Below are positions 38,314-47,557 of a stretch of 51,818 nt of DNA, one piece after another. The stretch covers positions 1 to 51,818 of the forward strand of contig JAKAIL010000001.1 in NCBI GenBank assembly GCA_021825235.1, given 5' to 3'. Both the position numbers and the translations under genes were made by a program. The DNA is from Bacteroidota bacterium. Its GTDB lineage: Bacteria > Bacteroidota > Ignavibacteria > Palsa-1295. The notes below the pieces were generated by a model. That model was not told the DNA's origin. It did not search any database and worked only from the letters and a program-made list of their open reading frames with translations. The stretch's first letter is position 1. Every line of letters starts with the position of its first letter.

Positions 38314-38739
38314 ATGCCAACACTCAATCCATATCTCAATTTCCCCGGCAATACCGAGGAGGCGTTCAACTTCTACAAGGGCATCTTCGGCGGCGATTTC
38401 GTCACGCTCCAGCGCTTTAGCGATATTCCCGGCGGGGCGGGCGCTCCCGCCGAACATGCCAACGGCGTTATGCACGTCGCGCTCAAGATCGGCAATAACA
38501 CGCTGATGGGAACCGACGCGATCGAATCCATGGGTCATTCGGTGAAGCCGGGCAATTATGCCTCGATGTCAATCGAAGCCGATAGCAAGGAGCAAGCCGA
38601 TCACATCTTCAACGGCCTCTCGACCGGCGCTTCCGACATCATGGCGATGCAGGACCAATTCTGGGGCGCCTACTGGGGCGCGCTCAAGGACAAATACGGA
38701 ATTCCGTGGATGGTGAACTATACCTATCCGAAGAAATAG
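38314..38739 (+). CDS. VOC family protein (PhnB-like)
   Basis: LNPYLNFPGNTEEAFNFY, FWGAYWG, DKYGIPWMVN. Confidence 0.9.
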   Translation: MPTLNPYLNFPGNTEEAFNFYKGIFGGDFVTLQRFSDIPGGAGAPAEHANGVMHVALKIGNNTLMGTDAIESMGHSVKPGNYASMSIEADSKEQADHIFNGLSTGASDIMAMQDQFWGAYWGALKDKYGIPWMVNYTYPKK

Positions 38740-38750
38740 GTAAGCACATC

Positions 38751-38817
38751 GTAGCCGTGACCTTCAGGTCACGGCGAGTATCGACACATTTCGCCGTGAC
38801 CTAAAGTTCACGGCTAC
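38751..38817. repeat. GTAG-type REP doublet
   Basis: GTAGCCGTGACCTTCAGGTCACGGC and inverted GCCGTGACCTAAAGTTCACGGCTAC. Confidence 0.75.
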
Positions 38818-38846
38818 AAAACCACTGCATCTCTTAAAGGAACGTT

Positions 38847-39728
38847 ATGAAAAACATACAATCATTCATCTGGTTTAACGACCGGGCGGAAGATGCCGCC
38901 GCACACTACACTTCCCCCTTCAAAAATTCCGGGAACGTAAATTCGAACTGGGCGAAAACGCTTAATACCATGCCCAGCACCAACGGCAAGCCGATGGGCG
39001 TAACCATCGAGATCAACGGGCATCAGTTCGTCTTGTTCAATGGCGGGCCGGCGTTTCATCCCACTGCATCGATCTCGTTCAGCGTCTATTGCACGGCGGA
39101 AGCCGAGATCGATAGCATTTGGAAGAAGCTTTCGGATGGCGGTAACGTCCGAATGGAACTTCAGAAATATCCGTTCAGCGAGAAGTACGGGTGGGTCGAA
39201 GATAAATTCGGGGTGAACTGGCAGCTTTCGCTTTCCAAAGAAGTTCGGCCGGTGACGCCGTCGTTTCTCTTCAGCGGCGCTCAGCAAGGCAACGCGGAGA
39301 AGGCCGTGAACTTCTGGACAAAGCAGTTCCCAAATTCCAGCGTTGGATTTGCGGCGAAATATGAGAAAGGCCACGAATTTGAAGGGCAGATCATGTTCTC
39401 CACGTTCACGCTGAACGGGCAGTCGTTCAACGCGATGGATGCGGGACGCCCGATGGACATTCCATTCACAGAAGGCATTTCGATGTTCGTCAATTGCGAA
39501 AACCAGCAGGAGGTCGATCGCTTTTGGAACGGGCTCTCAGAGGAGGGACAGACGAGCCAGTGCGGCTGGCTGAAAGATCCCTTCGGTGTTTCGTGGCAGA
39601 TCGTTCCCACGGCGCTGGGCCGCCTCATGGGAGACAAAGATCGTGACAAAGCCGGCCGCGTCTTCCAGGCGATGATGAAGATGACAAAGCTCGATGTCGC
39701 GAAATTAGAAGAGGCGTATGCGGGGTAA
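38847..39728 (+). CDS. Tandem-domain VOC protein (3-demethylubiquinone-9 3-methyltransferase-like)
   Basis: FNGGP, YGWVEDKFGVNWQ, CGWLKDPFGVSWQIVP, AMMKMTKLD. Confidence 0.9.
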   Translation: MKNIQSFIWFNDRAEDAAAHYTSPFKNSGNVNSNWAKTLNTMPSTNGKPMGVTIEINGHQFVLFNGGPAFHPTASISFSVYCTAEAEIDSIWKKLSDGGNVRMELQKYPFSEKYGWVEDKFGVNWQLSLSKEVRPVTPSFLFSGAQQGNAEKAVNFWTKQFPNSSVGFAAKYEKGHEFEGQIMFSTFTLNGQSFNAMDAGRPMDIPFTEGISMFVNCENQQEVDRFWNGLSEEGQTSQCGWLKDPFGVSWQIVPTALGRLMGDKDRDKAGRVFQAMMKMTKLDVAKLEEAYAG

Positions 39729-39804
39729 GTGTGGCATTCGAAATGCCCGCACTCAGTGACCCGAGGTCTCCGCGTTCGTTCGAAGATGACTTGCGTGCAT
39801 ACAT

Positions 39805-39832
39805 TCGCCGTGAATTAAAAGTCACGGCTACA
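39805..39832. repeat. Single GTAG-type REP half
   Basis: TCGCCGTGAATTAAAAGTCACGGCTACA closely matches 38791-38818. Confidence 0.6.
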
Positions 39833-39851
39833 AACTTTAACTATAACATCC

Positions 39852-40283
39852 ATGGCAACACCCAATCCAAATCTTTACTTTTTTGGCGACGCCGAAGAGG
39901 CATTCAACTTTTACAAATCTGTTTTTGGTGGCGAATTCAAAAGCTTCATGCGTTTTGGCGATATGCCGGGCGGCGATAAAATGAGCGCCGAAGATAGACC
40001 GAAGGTCGCGCATGTCGAGCTTCCCATTGGCAACAATAATGTCCTCATGGGGAACGATGTTCCCAGCTTTCTGGGGAAGATCGAGGCGGGCCGGGGCTTC
40101 GCGATCGAGCTCGAGTGCGAAAGCAAAGAGGAAGCGAAAACGCTTTACTACGCGCTTGCCGAAGGTGGCGAGGAGGATCCGCACATGCCACTCGGCGATG
40201 CCTTCTGGGGTTCTTATTACGGCCAGCTTACCGATAAGTTCGGCGTTCGATGGATGGTGAATTATACCTATCCAAAGAAGTAA
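39852..40283 (+). CDS. VOC family protein (PhnB-like), paralog of 38314..38739
   Basis: EEAFNFYKSVFGG, FWGSYYG; same C-terminus WMVNYTYPKK. Confidence 0.9.
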   Translation: MATPNPNLYFFGDAEEAFNFYKSVFGGEFKSFMRFGDMPGGDKMSAEDRPKVAHVELPIGNNNVLMGNDVPSFLGKIEAGRGFAIELECESKEEAKTLYYALAEGGEEDPHMPLGDAFWGSYYGQLTDKFGVRWMVNYTYPKK

Positions 40284-40329
40284 CTAAAGTACTGGATTGC
40301 ACAATTTGAACCGCGCCCCATCTCCGGAA

Positions 40330-40356
40330 AAAGCTCTCTCCATTCGAGAGAGCTTT
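40330..40356. terminator. Hairpin between convergent VOC gene and secA, possible bidirectional terminator
   Basis: 11-bp stem AAAGCTCTCTC / GAGAGAGCTTT. Confidence 0.55.
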
Positions 40357-40367
40357 CGCAATCGATA

Positions 40368-43300
40368 TTATTGTCCCGCCCCATGGCAATTCTTATATTT
40401 CTTGCCACTGCCGCAGGGACAGGGATCGTTTCGGCCAACTTTGGGGCCAGTGCGAACGGTTTGAGGAACCGGGCGCGGAGGCGGAATATCCGATGGCCCA
40501 TTGCCCTGAATGCTGGAGCCGGCTGCGGCCTTCGAAGCAACGCCCTGGCTTCGGCGCGCGGGCGCGTTCGGCATCATACGCCGGCCACCCGCTTGTGCAG
40601 GAACCATCTGGCCTGTGCGCTGATCCTGCACCATCGGATACAGCTTGAAGGCCAGTTCCAAAACGCCATCGCGGACGAGCGTAAGGAGTTCCTCGAACAT
40701 GCGGTAGCCTTCCTGCTTGTACTCCACCAGCGGGTCCTTTTGCCCATACGCACGCAAGCCGATACCCTCTTTTAGCTCGTCCATCTCACGGAGATGATCC
40801 CGCCATTTTTCGTCGATTACTCGGAGCGACGCGAAGCGTTCGAGCTGCGCCATGTTTTCCGAGCTAAGTTGCTCTTCCTTGCGGTTATAGAACTGCTTTG
40901 CTTCCTCGAGTAATTTTTCGGTAACGCCATCTTCGCCGATTTGTGCAAATTCCTCGCGCGTCATTTGGGCATCGACCATGAAGCGCGTCCGGCATTCATC
41001 CTGGAGCTTTTCCATTTCACCGGTGTGATAATAGACCGCGGTTAGCTCCTTGATTGCCTGTTCGAGATATTCGAAAATTTCGTCCTTAAGACGTTCACCA
41101 TACAGGGCTTCCCGCCGGCGTTCGTAGATAACCTCGCGCTGCGAGTTCATCACGTCATCGTAATCGAGGAGCCGTTTGCGCGTAGCGAAATTATTTTCTT
41201 CGACCTTCTTTTGCGCTCGCTCCACGGACTTCGTTATCATCGAATGCTTGATGACCTCCCCTTCCTGAAGTCCAAGCTTTTGCATGATGCCGGCAATCCG
41301 ATCGGAGCCGAACAGCCGCATCAGGTCATCTTCGAGCGAGAGATAAAATTGCGAGGAACCCGGATCGCCCTGGCGCCCAGCACGACCGCGTAGCTGGCGG
41401 TCGATACGGCGAGACTCATGTCGTTCGGTACCCAGAATGTGTAACCCGCCTGCTTCACGCACGCCAGTGCCCAGCTTGATGTCCGTGCCGCGGCCAGCCA
41501 TGTTGGTGGCGATGGTTACGGAACCAGCCAAACCGGCATGGGATACAATTTCCGCTTCACGGGCATGTTGTTTTGCATTGAGCACATTGTGCGGTACGCC
41601 GATGCGCTTCAGCAGCTTCGAGATGGTCTCGGAAACCTCTACACTCGTGGTTCCTACCAGCACGGGTCTTCCTTCATTCCGGAGTTGCTGAATTTCCTCG
41701 ATGACCGCATTGAATTTCTCGCGTTTCGTCCGATAGACCATATCGTCACGATCATCGCGAACCACGGGAACGTTCGTTGGAATGACCACGACATCCAGTT
41801 TATATATTTGGAAGAATTCGCTGGCCTCGGTTTCCGCCGTGCCCGTCATTCCAGCTAATTTCTTGTAAAGCCGGAAATAGTTTTGGAGCGTGATCGTCGC
41901 GAGTGTTTGGGTATCGCGCTCAACGGTCACATTTTCCTTTGCCTCGATCGCCTGGTGCAAACCTTCCGAATAGCGGCGGCCGGCGAGAATACGTCCCGTA
42001 AACTCATCGACAATGAGAACTTTGCCTTCCTGGACCACATAGTCCACGTCCTTCTCATAGAGCGAATAGGCCCGCAGGAGCTGGGAAATCGTGTGGAGAC
42101 GATCGGAGCGATCTGCGTACAGCACATGGATCGCATCCTTTCTGGCGCGGCGTTCCTCTTCCGGCAGTCCCTCCAATTCCGATAACTCGGTAGTTATATC
42201 CGGTAGAATGAAAAGGTCCTTATCTCCACCGGCGGCCAGAAAGTCGCGGCCCTTATCGGTCAGGTCAATATTGTGGTTCTTCTCTTCGACGATAAAGTAG
42301 AGTGGATCGTCCACCAGGTGCATATTGCGCGATTGGTCGCGCATGAACTCGAGCTCGGTCTGCTGCTGTAATTTCAGGAGTTCTCCATCGGCGGTGAGCT
42401 TCAGCAGTCGTTTGTTCTTCGGCATGCCGTGGTTCACACGGACTAACTGCTCACCGGCCTGCTTGCGCTTGGCGTCGTCACCGGATTTTAGCAACTCCTC
42501 GGCTTCGGTCATGAAGCTGGCACAGAGCGATTTCTGCGCATTGACCAGCCGCTCCACGATGGGCTTCATCTCATCGAACTTATGCTCCGTGCTCTCGACC
42601 GGACCGGAAATGATGAGTGGTGTCCGCGCTTCATCGATCAGCACGGAATCCACTTCGTCCACCACGGCAAAATAGTGTGGCCGCTGGACCATCTCTTCGG
42701 CATTCTGCACCATATTATCGCGCAGGTAGTCGAAGCCGAATTCGTTATTCGTGCCGTAGGTAATGTCCGCATTGTAGGCCGGTTTCCGTTCCCACGGCTG
42801 CATGGATTGCAGAATAACACCAACGGTAAGCCCCAGAAACTCATAGACCTTCCCCATCCACTGAGCATCGCGCTGGGCAAGATAATCGTTGACCGTCACA
42901 AGATGAACGCCCCGACCGGCCAGTGCATTGAGATAGACTGGCATCGTCGCCACAAGCGTTTTTCCTTCACCCGTCGCCATCTCGGCGATCTTCCCCTGAT
43001 GCAGCACGGCACCGCCGATAAGCTGCACATCGAACGGGACCATATCCCACTTGATCTGCTGGCCGGCAACGGTGAAAGTCTGCCCCACGAGGCGGCGGCA
43101 GGCGTCTTTCACAACGGCGAAGGCTTCCGGCAAAAGCTCGTCGAGCACTTCCTTCGTGACCTCGTCAAGTTCCTTGCCAATCTCACCCAATCGGTCGATA
43201 ATCTGCTCTCGCTCTATGTGCGGAACATCTTCTTTGAGCCGCTCGCGAAGCTCTTTCGCTTCCTCTTCGAGTTCACCGGTAACTTCCTTAATACGGGCAC

Positions 43301-43448
43301 GGAACTCCTCCGTCTTCCCACGAAGCTCTTCATCCGAAAGGTCATGCAGCGTTTCGTAGATCTCATTGATCTCATCCACGACGGGCAGAAGCGCCTCAAC
43401 GTCCTTCTCCCTTTTGGAGCCAAAAATTTTCTCTAGGTACTTTAACAT
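40368..43448 (-). CDS. secA: Preprotein translocase subunit SecA
   Basis: [77 protein letters not shown]. Confidence 0.98.
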   Translation of the reverse strand: MLKYLEKIFGSKREKDVEALLPVVDEINEIYETLHDLSDEELRGKTEEFRARIKEVTGELEEEAKELRERLKEDVPHIEREQIIDRLGEIGKELDEVTKEVLDELLPEAFAVVKDACRRLVGQTFTVAGQQIKWDMVPFDVQLIGGAVLHQGKIAEMATGEGKTLVATMPVYLNALAGRGVHLVTVNDYLAQRDAQWMGKVYEFLGLTVGVILQSMQPWERKPAYNADITYGTNNEFGFDYLRDNMVQNAEEMVQRPHYFAVVDEVDSVLIDEARTPLIISGPVESTEHKFDEMKPIVERLVNAQKSLCASFMTEAEELLKSGDDAKRKQAGEQLVRVNHGMPKNKRLLKLTADGELLKLQQQTELEFMRDQSRNMHLVDDPLYFIVEEKNHNIDLTDKGRDFLAAGGDKDLFILPDITTELSELEGLPEEERRARKDAIHVLYADRSDRLHTISQLLRAYSLYEKDVDYVVQEGKVLIVDEFTGRILAGRRYSEGLHQAIEAKENVTVERDTQTLATITLQNYFRLYKKLAGMTGTAETEASEFFQIYKLDVVVIPTNVPVVRDDRDDMVYRTKREKFNAVIEEIQQLRNEGRPVLVGTTSVEVSETISKLLKRIGVPHNVLNAKQHAREAEIVSHAGLAGSVTIATNMAGRGTDIKLGTGVREAGGLHILGTERHESRRIDRQLRGRAGRQGDPGSSQFYLSLEDDLMRLFGSDRIAGIMQKLGLQEGEVIKHSMITKSVERAQKKVEENNFATRKRLLDYDDVMNSQREVIYERRREALYGERLKDEIFEYLEQAIKELTAVYYHTGEMEKLQDECRTRFMVDAQMTREEFAQIGEDGVTEKLLEEAKQFYNRKEEQLSSENMAQLERFASLRVIDEKWRDHLREMDELKEGIGLRAYGQKDPLVEYKQEGYRMFEELLTLVRDGVLELAFKLYPMVQDQRTGQMVPAQAGGRRMMPNAPARRSQGVASKAAAGSSIQGNGPSDIPPPRPVPQTVRTGPKVGRNDPCPCGSGKKYKNCHGAGQ

Positions 43449-43625
43449 TCGAGTTTCTCTTTACGAACAGCCGCTAAGGTCAATAATGACAAGGGGTTAA
43501 AGAACGGGTCACGAAGGGACCTTACCAGCCTGAACCAACCGATAACGCTAAAACGAACGCAATCCTTCCGGGTTTCGAAACCCGAAATTTGGCAGCTAGA
43601 ACGCGGGCGAGTAGAAATGCAGGCC

Positions 43626-43904
43626 TTACCGCTGGTTAAACTCGTGCCCCATCTTCAGGCGCTCGCTCGTGCATTTTGCTAACTCATAGAGGTATTCAGG
43701 GGCAAAATCTGTCCCATTCGGCCACTCGACCGTATGCGTATCGGGATTGGCAATCGCTCACCGGAAAAGGTCCGGATTTTTGAGCCGGCCAAAAAGAGGC
43801 CCATAAAGCTCGCCTTCGAGGTCCACTACGGCAGAAAGACCATCAGAAAAGAGAATCTCCAGCTTATAGTCCGAAATGTACCGAACAGATTTTGCAGATT
43901 CCAT
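43626..43904 (-). pseudogene. DUF2442-family gene with in-frame TGA at 43758-43760
   Basis: Manual translation MESAKSVRYISDYKLEILFSDG...LKNPDLFR*AIANPDTHTVEWPNGTDFAPEYLYE; absent from the ORF track. Confidence 0.85.
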
Positions 43905-43906
43905 AA

Positions 43907-44166
43907 TTATTCCAGTGGTGCAATCTTTTTAAGTTCACCTTCTGCCTTAATTGCAGCCCAGTTTGCCAGAAGCTCCTGCTGATGCTCTTTCGCCACTGCC
44001 GGACTAACGATATGGCGTTCTTCGGAAGTTTCCCTTCGATAATGTTCAAATTCTTTATCGAGAATTTCGCCGCCTTCTCGCCATACCATGCATGAAAATG
44101 TGGCGGATTGTGATCACGAAAGTGCATCGTAATCACAATTCCATAAAATCGGCTAATTTCTGGTAT
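43907..44166 (-). pseudogene. DUF4160-family gene with ATA in place of ATG and a -1 frameshift near 43993
   Basis: (I)PEISRFYGIVITMHFRDHNPPHFHAWYG...VRQW then AKEHQQELLANW...KIAPLE in another frame. Confidence 0.85.
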
Positions 44167-45281
44167 TATTTTATATACTTATGGCTATCCTCCCATTTCA
44201 TCCCAAAGGCATCGGCCACGCCCTGATAGACGATGGTTCCGTCAATGACATTCAGGCCAAGCCGTAATTCCCGGTTCGAGGAGATGGCCTTCTCGTAGCC
44301 ATGGTTCGCAAGCTCGATTGCATAAGGCAGCGTAGCATTGGTTAAGGCGATGGTGGAAGTCATCGGAACCGCGCCGGGCATATTGGCCACGCAATAGTGG
44401 ACTACGCCGTCAATTACGAAGGTCGGGTTCTCGTGCGTTGTGGGACGGCAGGTCTCGATGCAGCCGCCCTGGTCCACCGACACGTCCACCACCACCGAGC
44501 CTTCCTTCATGTCCTTCAGCATCTCGCGGGTTACCAAATGCGGCGCCTTCGCGCCGGGAATTAAAACCGCCCCGACCACCAAATCCGCATGACGAATCAC
44601 CTTCCGGACATTATACGGGTTGGACATCATCGTCGTCACATTCTTCGGCATCACGTCGTCCAAATAGCGGAGGCGGTAAAGGTTCGAATCGAGTATAGTT
44701 ACCCGTGCGCCGAGGCCGGCGGCGATCTTCGCCGCGTTGGTCCCCACCACGCCACCGCCGAGGACGACCACATGCCCCGGATCGGTTCCCGGAACGCCGG
44801 CCAAGAGCACGCCGCGGCCACCCATCGTCTTCTCTAAGTATTTCGCGCCTTCCTGAGGAGCCATACGGCCTGCCACCTCCGACATCGGAATGAGTAGCGG
44901 CAGCGAATTATCGGCACGCTGGACCGTCTCGTAGGCTATTGCAATGGATTTTGATTTTACGATCGCATCCGTCAGTTCCCGGCTGGCGGCGAAGTGGAAA
45001 TAGGTGAAGAGCACCTGCCCTTTGCGGATAAGGTCATACTCCTGCCGGATCGGCTCCTTCACCTTCATTATCATCTCCGCCGCGCCATAAACGGACGCGG
45101 CATCCGCGAGGAGTTCCGCCCCGGCTGCGAGATAGTCCTCGTTCCGGAAGCCGGAACCGTTCCCGGCATTCGTCTCGACATACACCGTATGTCCCTGCGC
45201 CTTCAGGATTTCCGCGCCGCTCGGCGTGAGCGCCACGCGGTTCTCGTTCTGCTTAATTTCTTTTGGTACGCCTATTTTCAT
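44166..45281 (-). CDS. ald: Alanine dehydrogenase
   Basis: MKIGVPKEIK, ENRVALTP, KVKEP, PMSEVAGRMA, GGGVVG, VDQGGC, HYCVANMPGAV. Confidence 0.97.
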   Translation of the reverse strand: MKIGVPKEIKQNENRVALTPSGAEILKAQGHTVYVETNAGNGSGFRNEDYLAAGAELLADAASVYGAAEMIMKVKEPIRQEYDLIRKGQVLFTYFHFAASRELTDAIVKSKSIAIAYETVQRADNSLPLLIPMSEVAGRMAPQEGAKYLEKTMGGRGVLLAGVPGTDPGHVVVLGGGVVGTNAAKIAAGLGARVTILDSNLYRLRYLDDVMPKNVTTMMSNPYNVRKVIRHADLVVGAVLIPGAKAPHLVTREMLKDMKEGSVVVDVSVDQGGCIETCRPTTHENPTFVIDGVVHYCVANMPGAVPMTSTIALTNATLPYAIELANHGYEKAISSNRELRLGLNVIDGTIVYQGVADAFGMKWEDSHKYIK

Positions 45282-45655
45282 CGGTCAAGAGTAAAAGTTT
45301 ATGGTTGCCCCGATTTGGGGAGCACCGTAAACATTCTCGTCCCCGGTTTTGTCCGAAAAATGTTGCCTCCAGATTTTGCCGAGCCAGTGGTTTTGTGTGT
45401 TTGTTCTTTTCATATTCATCGAAACTGGCCCATTCGTTCAAAAATCGAAAAGCCTTCATGAATTATTCATGAAGCAATCCATTCCTTAGTTGTCAATTAA
45501 CAATAGGTGCCCATAAGCACATCTGCAATATAACACACCATTGTCCCTCTTGTTACAAACTTGCGAAAGATTTAATATTACGGGCACCAGTTTTCTAAAT
45601 GATGAATTTGGGATGATGAATGGTGAAACGGGCCAGCGAAGAATATCCCCTGCTC

Positions 45656-45710
45656 TCATGCTGCGCGGAGTTCGCTGAAGCAAAGCGGAAGCGAACGGAG
45701 TCGAAGCATC
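45656..45710. repeat. Degenerate palindromic REP-like repeat (TCATGCTG...GAGTCGAAGCAT type)
   Basis: TCATGCTGCGCGGAG ... CGGAGTCGAAGCATC with an internal hairpin; part of a repeat-rich intergenic region. Confidence 0.5.
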
Positions 45711-45885
45711 CTTTGCCAGGAATTCCACGCGTAGGGAAGTGCTTCCAGCTTCCCTTTTCCGGGAACAAACCATAGGTGCCCAAAATGTTTAAACGGATTC
45801 GAACGAATCTTCGGGATGCCACCAAACCATCCCAAACATTCCACGCATTCCACCCATCCCAGTTCAGACCACCCGAGGCCTGATG

Positions 45886-45984
45886 GCCGGAACCGACCGC
45901 GCCGAATACCCCGATCTCTCCCTCGGCCAGGGAATCCGCCGCGGCGGACGATGGTGGAGGACGTGAGCGGGGAACAGGAGAGGA
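45886..45984 (+). repeat. Direct repeat A, copy 1 (gene 3'-end remnant)
   Basis: Perfect 34-nt match 45901-45934 = 47437-47470, plus a 33/36 block 45949-45984 vs 47483-47518. Confidence 0.9.
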
Positions 45985-46134
45985 AATTCCGGGTGCCAGG
46001 TCTGAAAATGTTGTATATTAGTAGATAAGTTGATGGGCACCTATTCGCGCTTGCAACTTTGTGGCTCGTTCTAGGTGCTCCTTGTTTCAATCACTGGGTC
46101 GGCTATTGCGCCGAACCGCATCGAAAGATTAAAG

Positions 46135-46716
46135 ATGGACCCGTCCAGTCAGAGAAATTCGCTCCTTAAGAAGTGGTGGTTTTGGGTAGGCGCGGTGTTG
46201 TTGCTTCTCATTTTAATAGGCCGGTTTGGAAAGAACACCCAAACTACCACAGCGAGTATACCCGCGCCCCCCACAGCGCCGAGCCCTCCGCCCTCTCCAA
46301 CGGAGCCAGCGACAAACAGCGGCCCCGGAATCGGCAAGACGAGATCGTTTTTCGTCGCTACGCTACCGGACGTTAACTTTTCGCAAGGCAAGGACATCGA
46401 CGGGGAACCTAATTATGTGGGCACGGAGGGTGCTGCGATGTTTCAATTGATTGGCCCCGAAGATAATCTTACCGAGGCGTCGGTTACAATCTCGATGGAC
46501 CTTTCCGATCAGGGTATGGCCGCGAAGTGCGGTCGGCTTTTTGGCGCATTTGCCAATACAGTTGCGCCCGGCAGCTCCACATGGTTCGCAAACAACATCG
46601 AACGTGCGAGCAAGGAGGAAGTAACGAAGCACTTCGGTAAAATTCTCGGAAAAATCAGCGTTGCCGACATGGGCAATAATCTGGCGATCGTGAGTTTAAC
46701 ATTCAGCGCTTCCTAA
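46135..46716 (+). CDS. Membrane-anchored hypothetical protein
   Basis: KKWWFW followed by a TM helix, a Pro/Thr linker and a globular domain. Confidence 0.7.
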   Translation: MDPSSQRNSLLKKWWFWVGAVLLLLILIGRFGKNTQTTTASIPAPPTAPSPPPSPTEPATNSGPGIGKTRSFFVATLPDVNFSQGKDIDGEPNYVGTEGAAMFQLIGPEDNLTEASVTISMDLSDQGMAAKCGRLFGAFANTVAPGSSTWFANNIERASKEEVTKHFGKILGKISVADMGNNLAIVSLTFSAS

Positions 46717-46755
46717 TGGAGCAGCCCTTTCCACTAACAAATTAAATAGAAAACC

Positions 46756-47382
46756 ATGAACACGATCCTCGCTCAGGCGGAAACACAAGGGAACCCCTTG
46801 CTAGGCCTCCTTATTCTAATCGCCATAGCGGCGGTTATAGTCTATCTTGCTCGTAGGGTATATGCCGGTGCAAAGAAGACGGAGGCAGATAAGGCGGCAG
46901 CCCAAGCCGCATTCAATGCGCTTTCGCCGGAAGAAAAAGCGGCTATTCAGGCCAAAAAGGAGAAAGAGAAAACGCATTTCTCAGGCAGGTACATGGGCGG
47001 ACATCCCGACCTACCGAGGCCCATCCAAACTACCAATTGCCAGCTCGCCGAAGACGACATTCTGATCTATTCACCAGTAAGCGGGAAGCTCGGCCCCGTC
47101 GTGGGAAAAATTCCGCTCTCCCAAGTTCAGAATGTGGTGGTCGAGGACAAGAGCACCGTCGAGAAGCGCGTCACGATGACGCGGGTGCTCGCCATCGGCG
47201 TTTTCGCACTCGCGGCCAAAAAGAAAGAAGTCCACCCGGAATTTTATCTGACGATTTCATGGGGAGGTGGGAAGATAGGAAATGAGACTATCTTCGAGTT
47301 CGACGGAGAGAATGCGCAGGTCAATGCGAACGCGCTGCGGAACGAAATCGCAAAAAGAGTGAACGACCTTACTGCGGCTTGA
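46756..47382 (+). CDS. Membrane-anchored hypothetical protein with possible bacterial PH-like domain
   Basis: N-terminal TM; YMGGHP, IPLSQV, KRVTMTRVLAIGVFALAAKKK. Confidence 0.7.
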   Translation: MNTILAQAETQGNPLLGLLILIAIAAVIVYLARRVYAGAKKTEADKAAAQAAFNALSPEEKAAIQAKKEKEKTHFSGRYMGGHPDLPRPIQTTNCQLAEDDILIYSPVSGKLGPVVGKIPLSQVQNVVVEDKSTVEKRVTMTRVLAIGVFALAAKKKEVHPEFYLTISWGGGKIGNETIFEFDGENAQVNANALRNEIAKRVNDLTAA

Positions 47383-47421
47383 GCAATGAATGCGACGCGT
47401 TTAAACCACGGGCTCCTTCTC

Positions 47422-47526
47422 GCCGGAACCGGCCGGGCCGAATACCCCGATCTCTCCCTCGGCCAGGGAACCTTTAGGAAGGCGATGGTGGAGGATGTGA
47501 GCGGGGAGCAGGAAAGGATGTTTTAA
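47422..47526 (+). repeat. Direct repeat A, copy 2
   Basis: Reads AGTGRAEYPDLSLGQGTFRKAMVEDVSGEQERMF* on the + strand; matches copy 1. Confidence 0.9.
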
Positions 47527-47557
47527 TAAAAATCTCATTACTAACATTTCCAGCACT

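Noticed and set aside
43758..43760. In-frame TGA as selenocysteine or alternative genetic code
   Set aside because: The position is not an expected Cys site, the partner gene is also damaged, and TGA ends many ordinary genes here.
46031..46056. Sigma-54 promoter from GGCAC...TTGC
   Set aside because: TGGGCAC and its spacing to TTGC do not fit the -24/-12 consensus, and other copies of the motif lack a -12 element.
45486..46090. Short ORFs in the ald-upstream spacer (e.g. 45656..46090, 45816..46028)
   Set aside because: Low-complexity translations of repeat remnants; no coherent protein signal.
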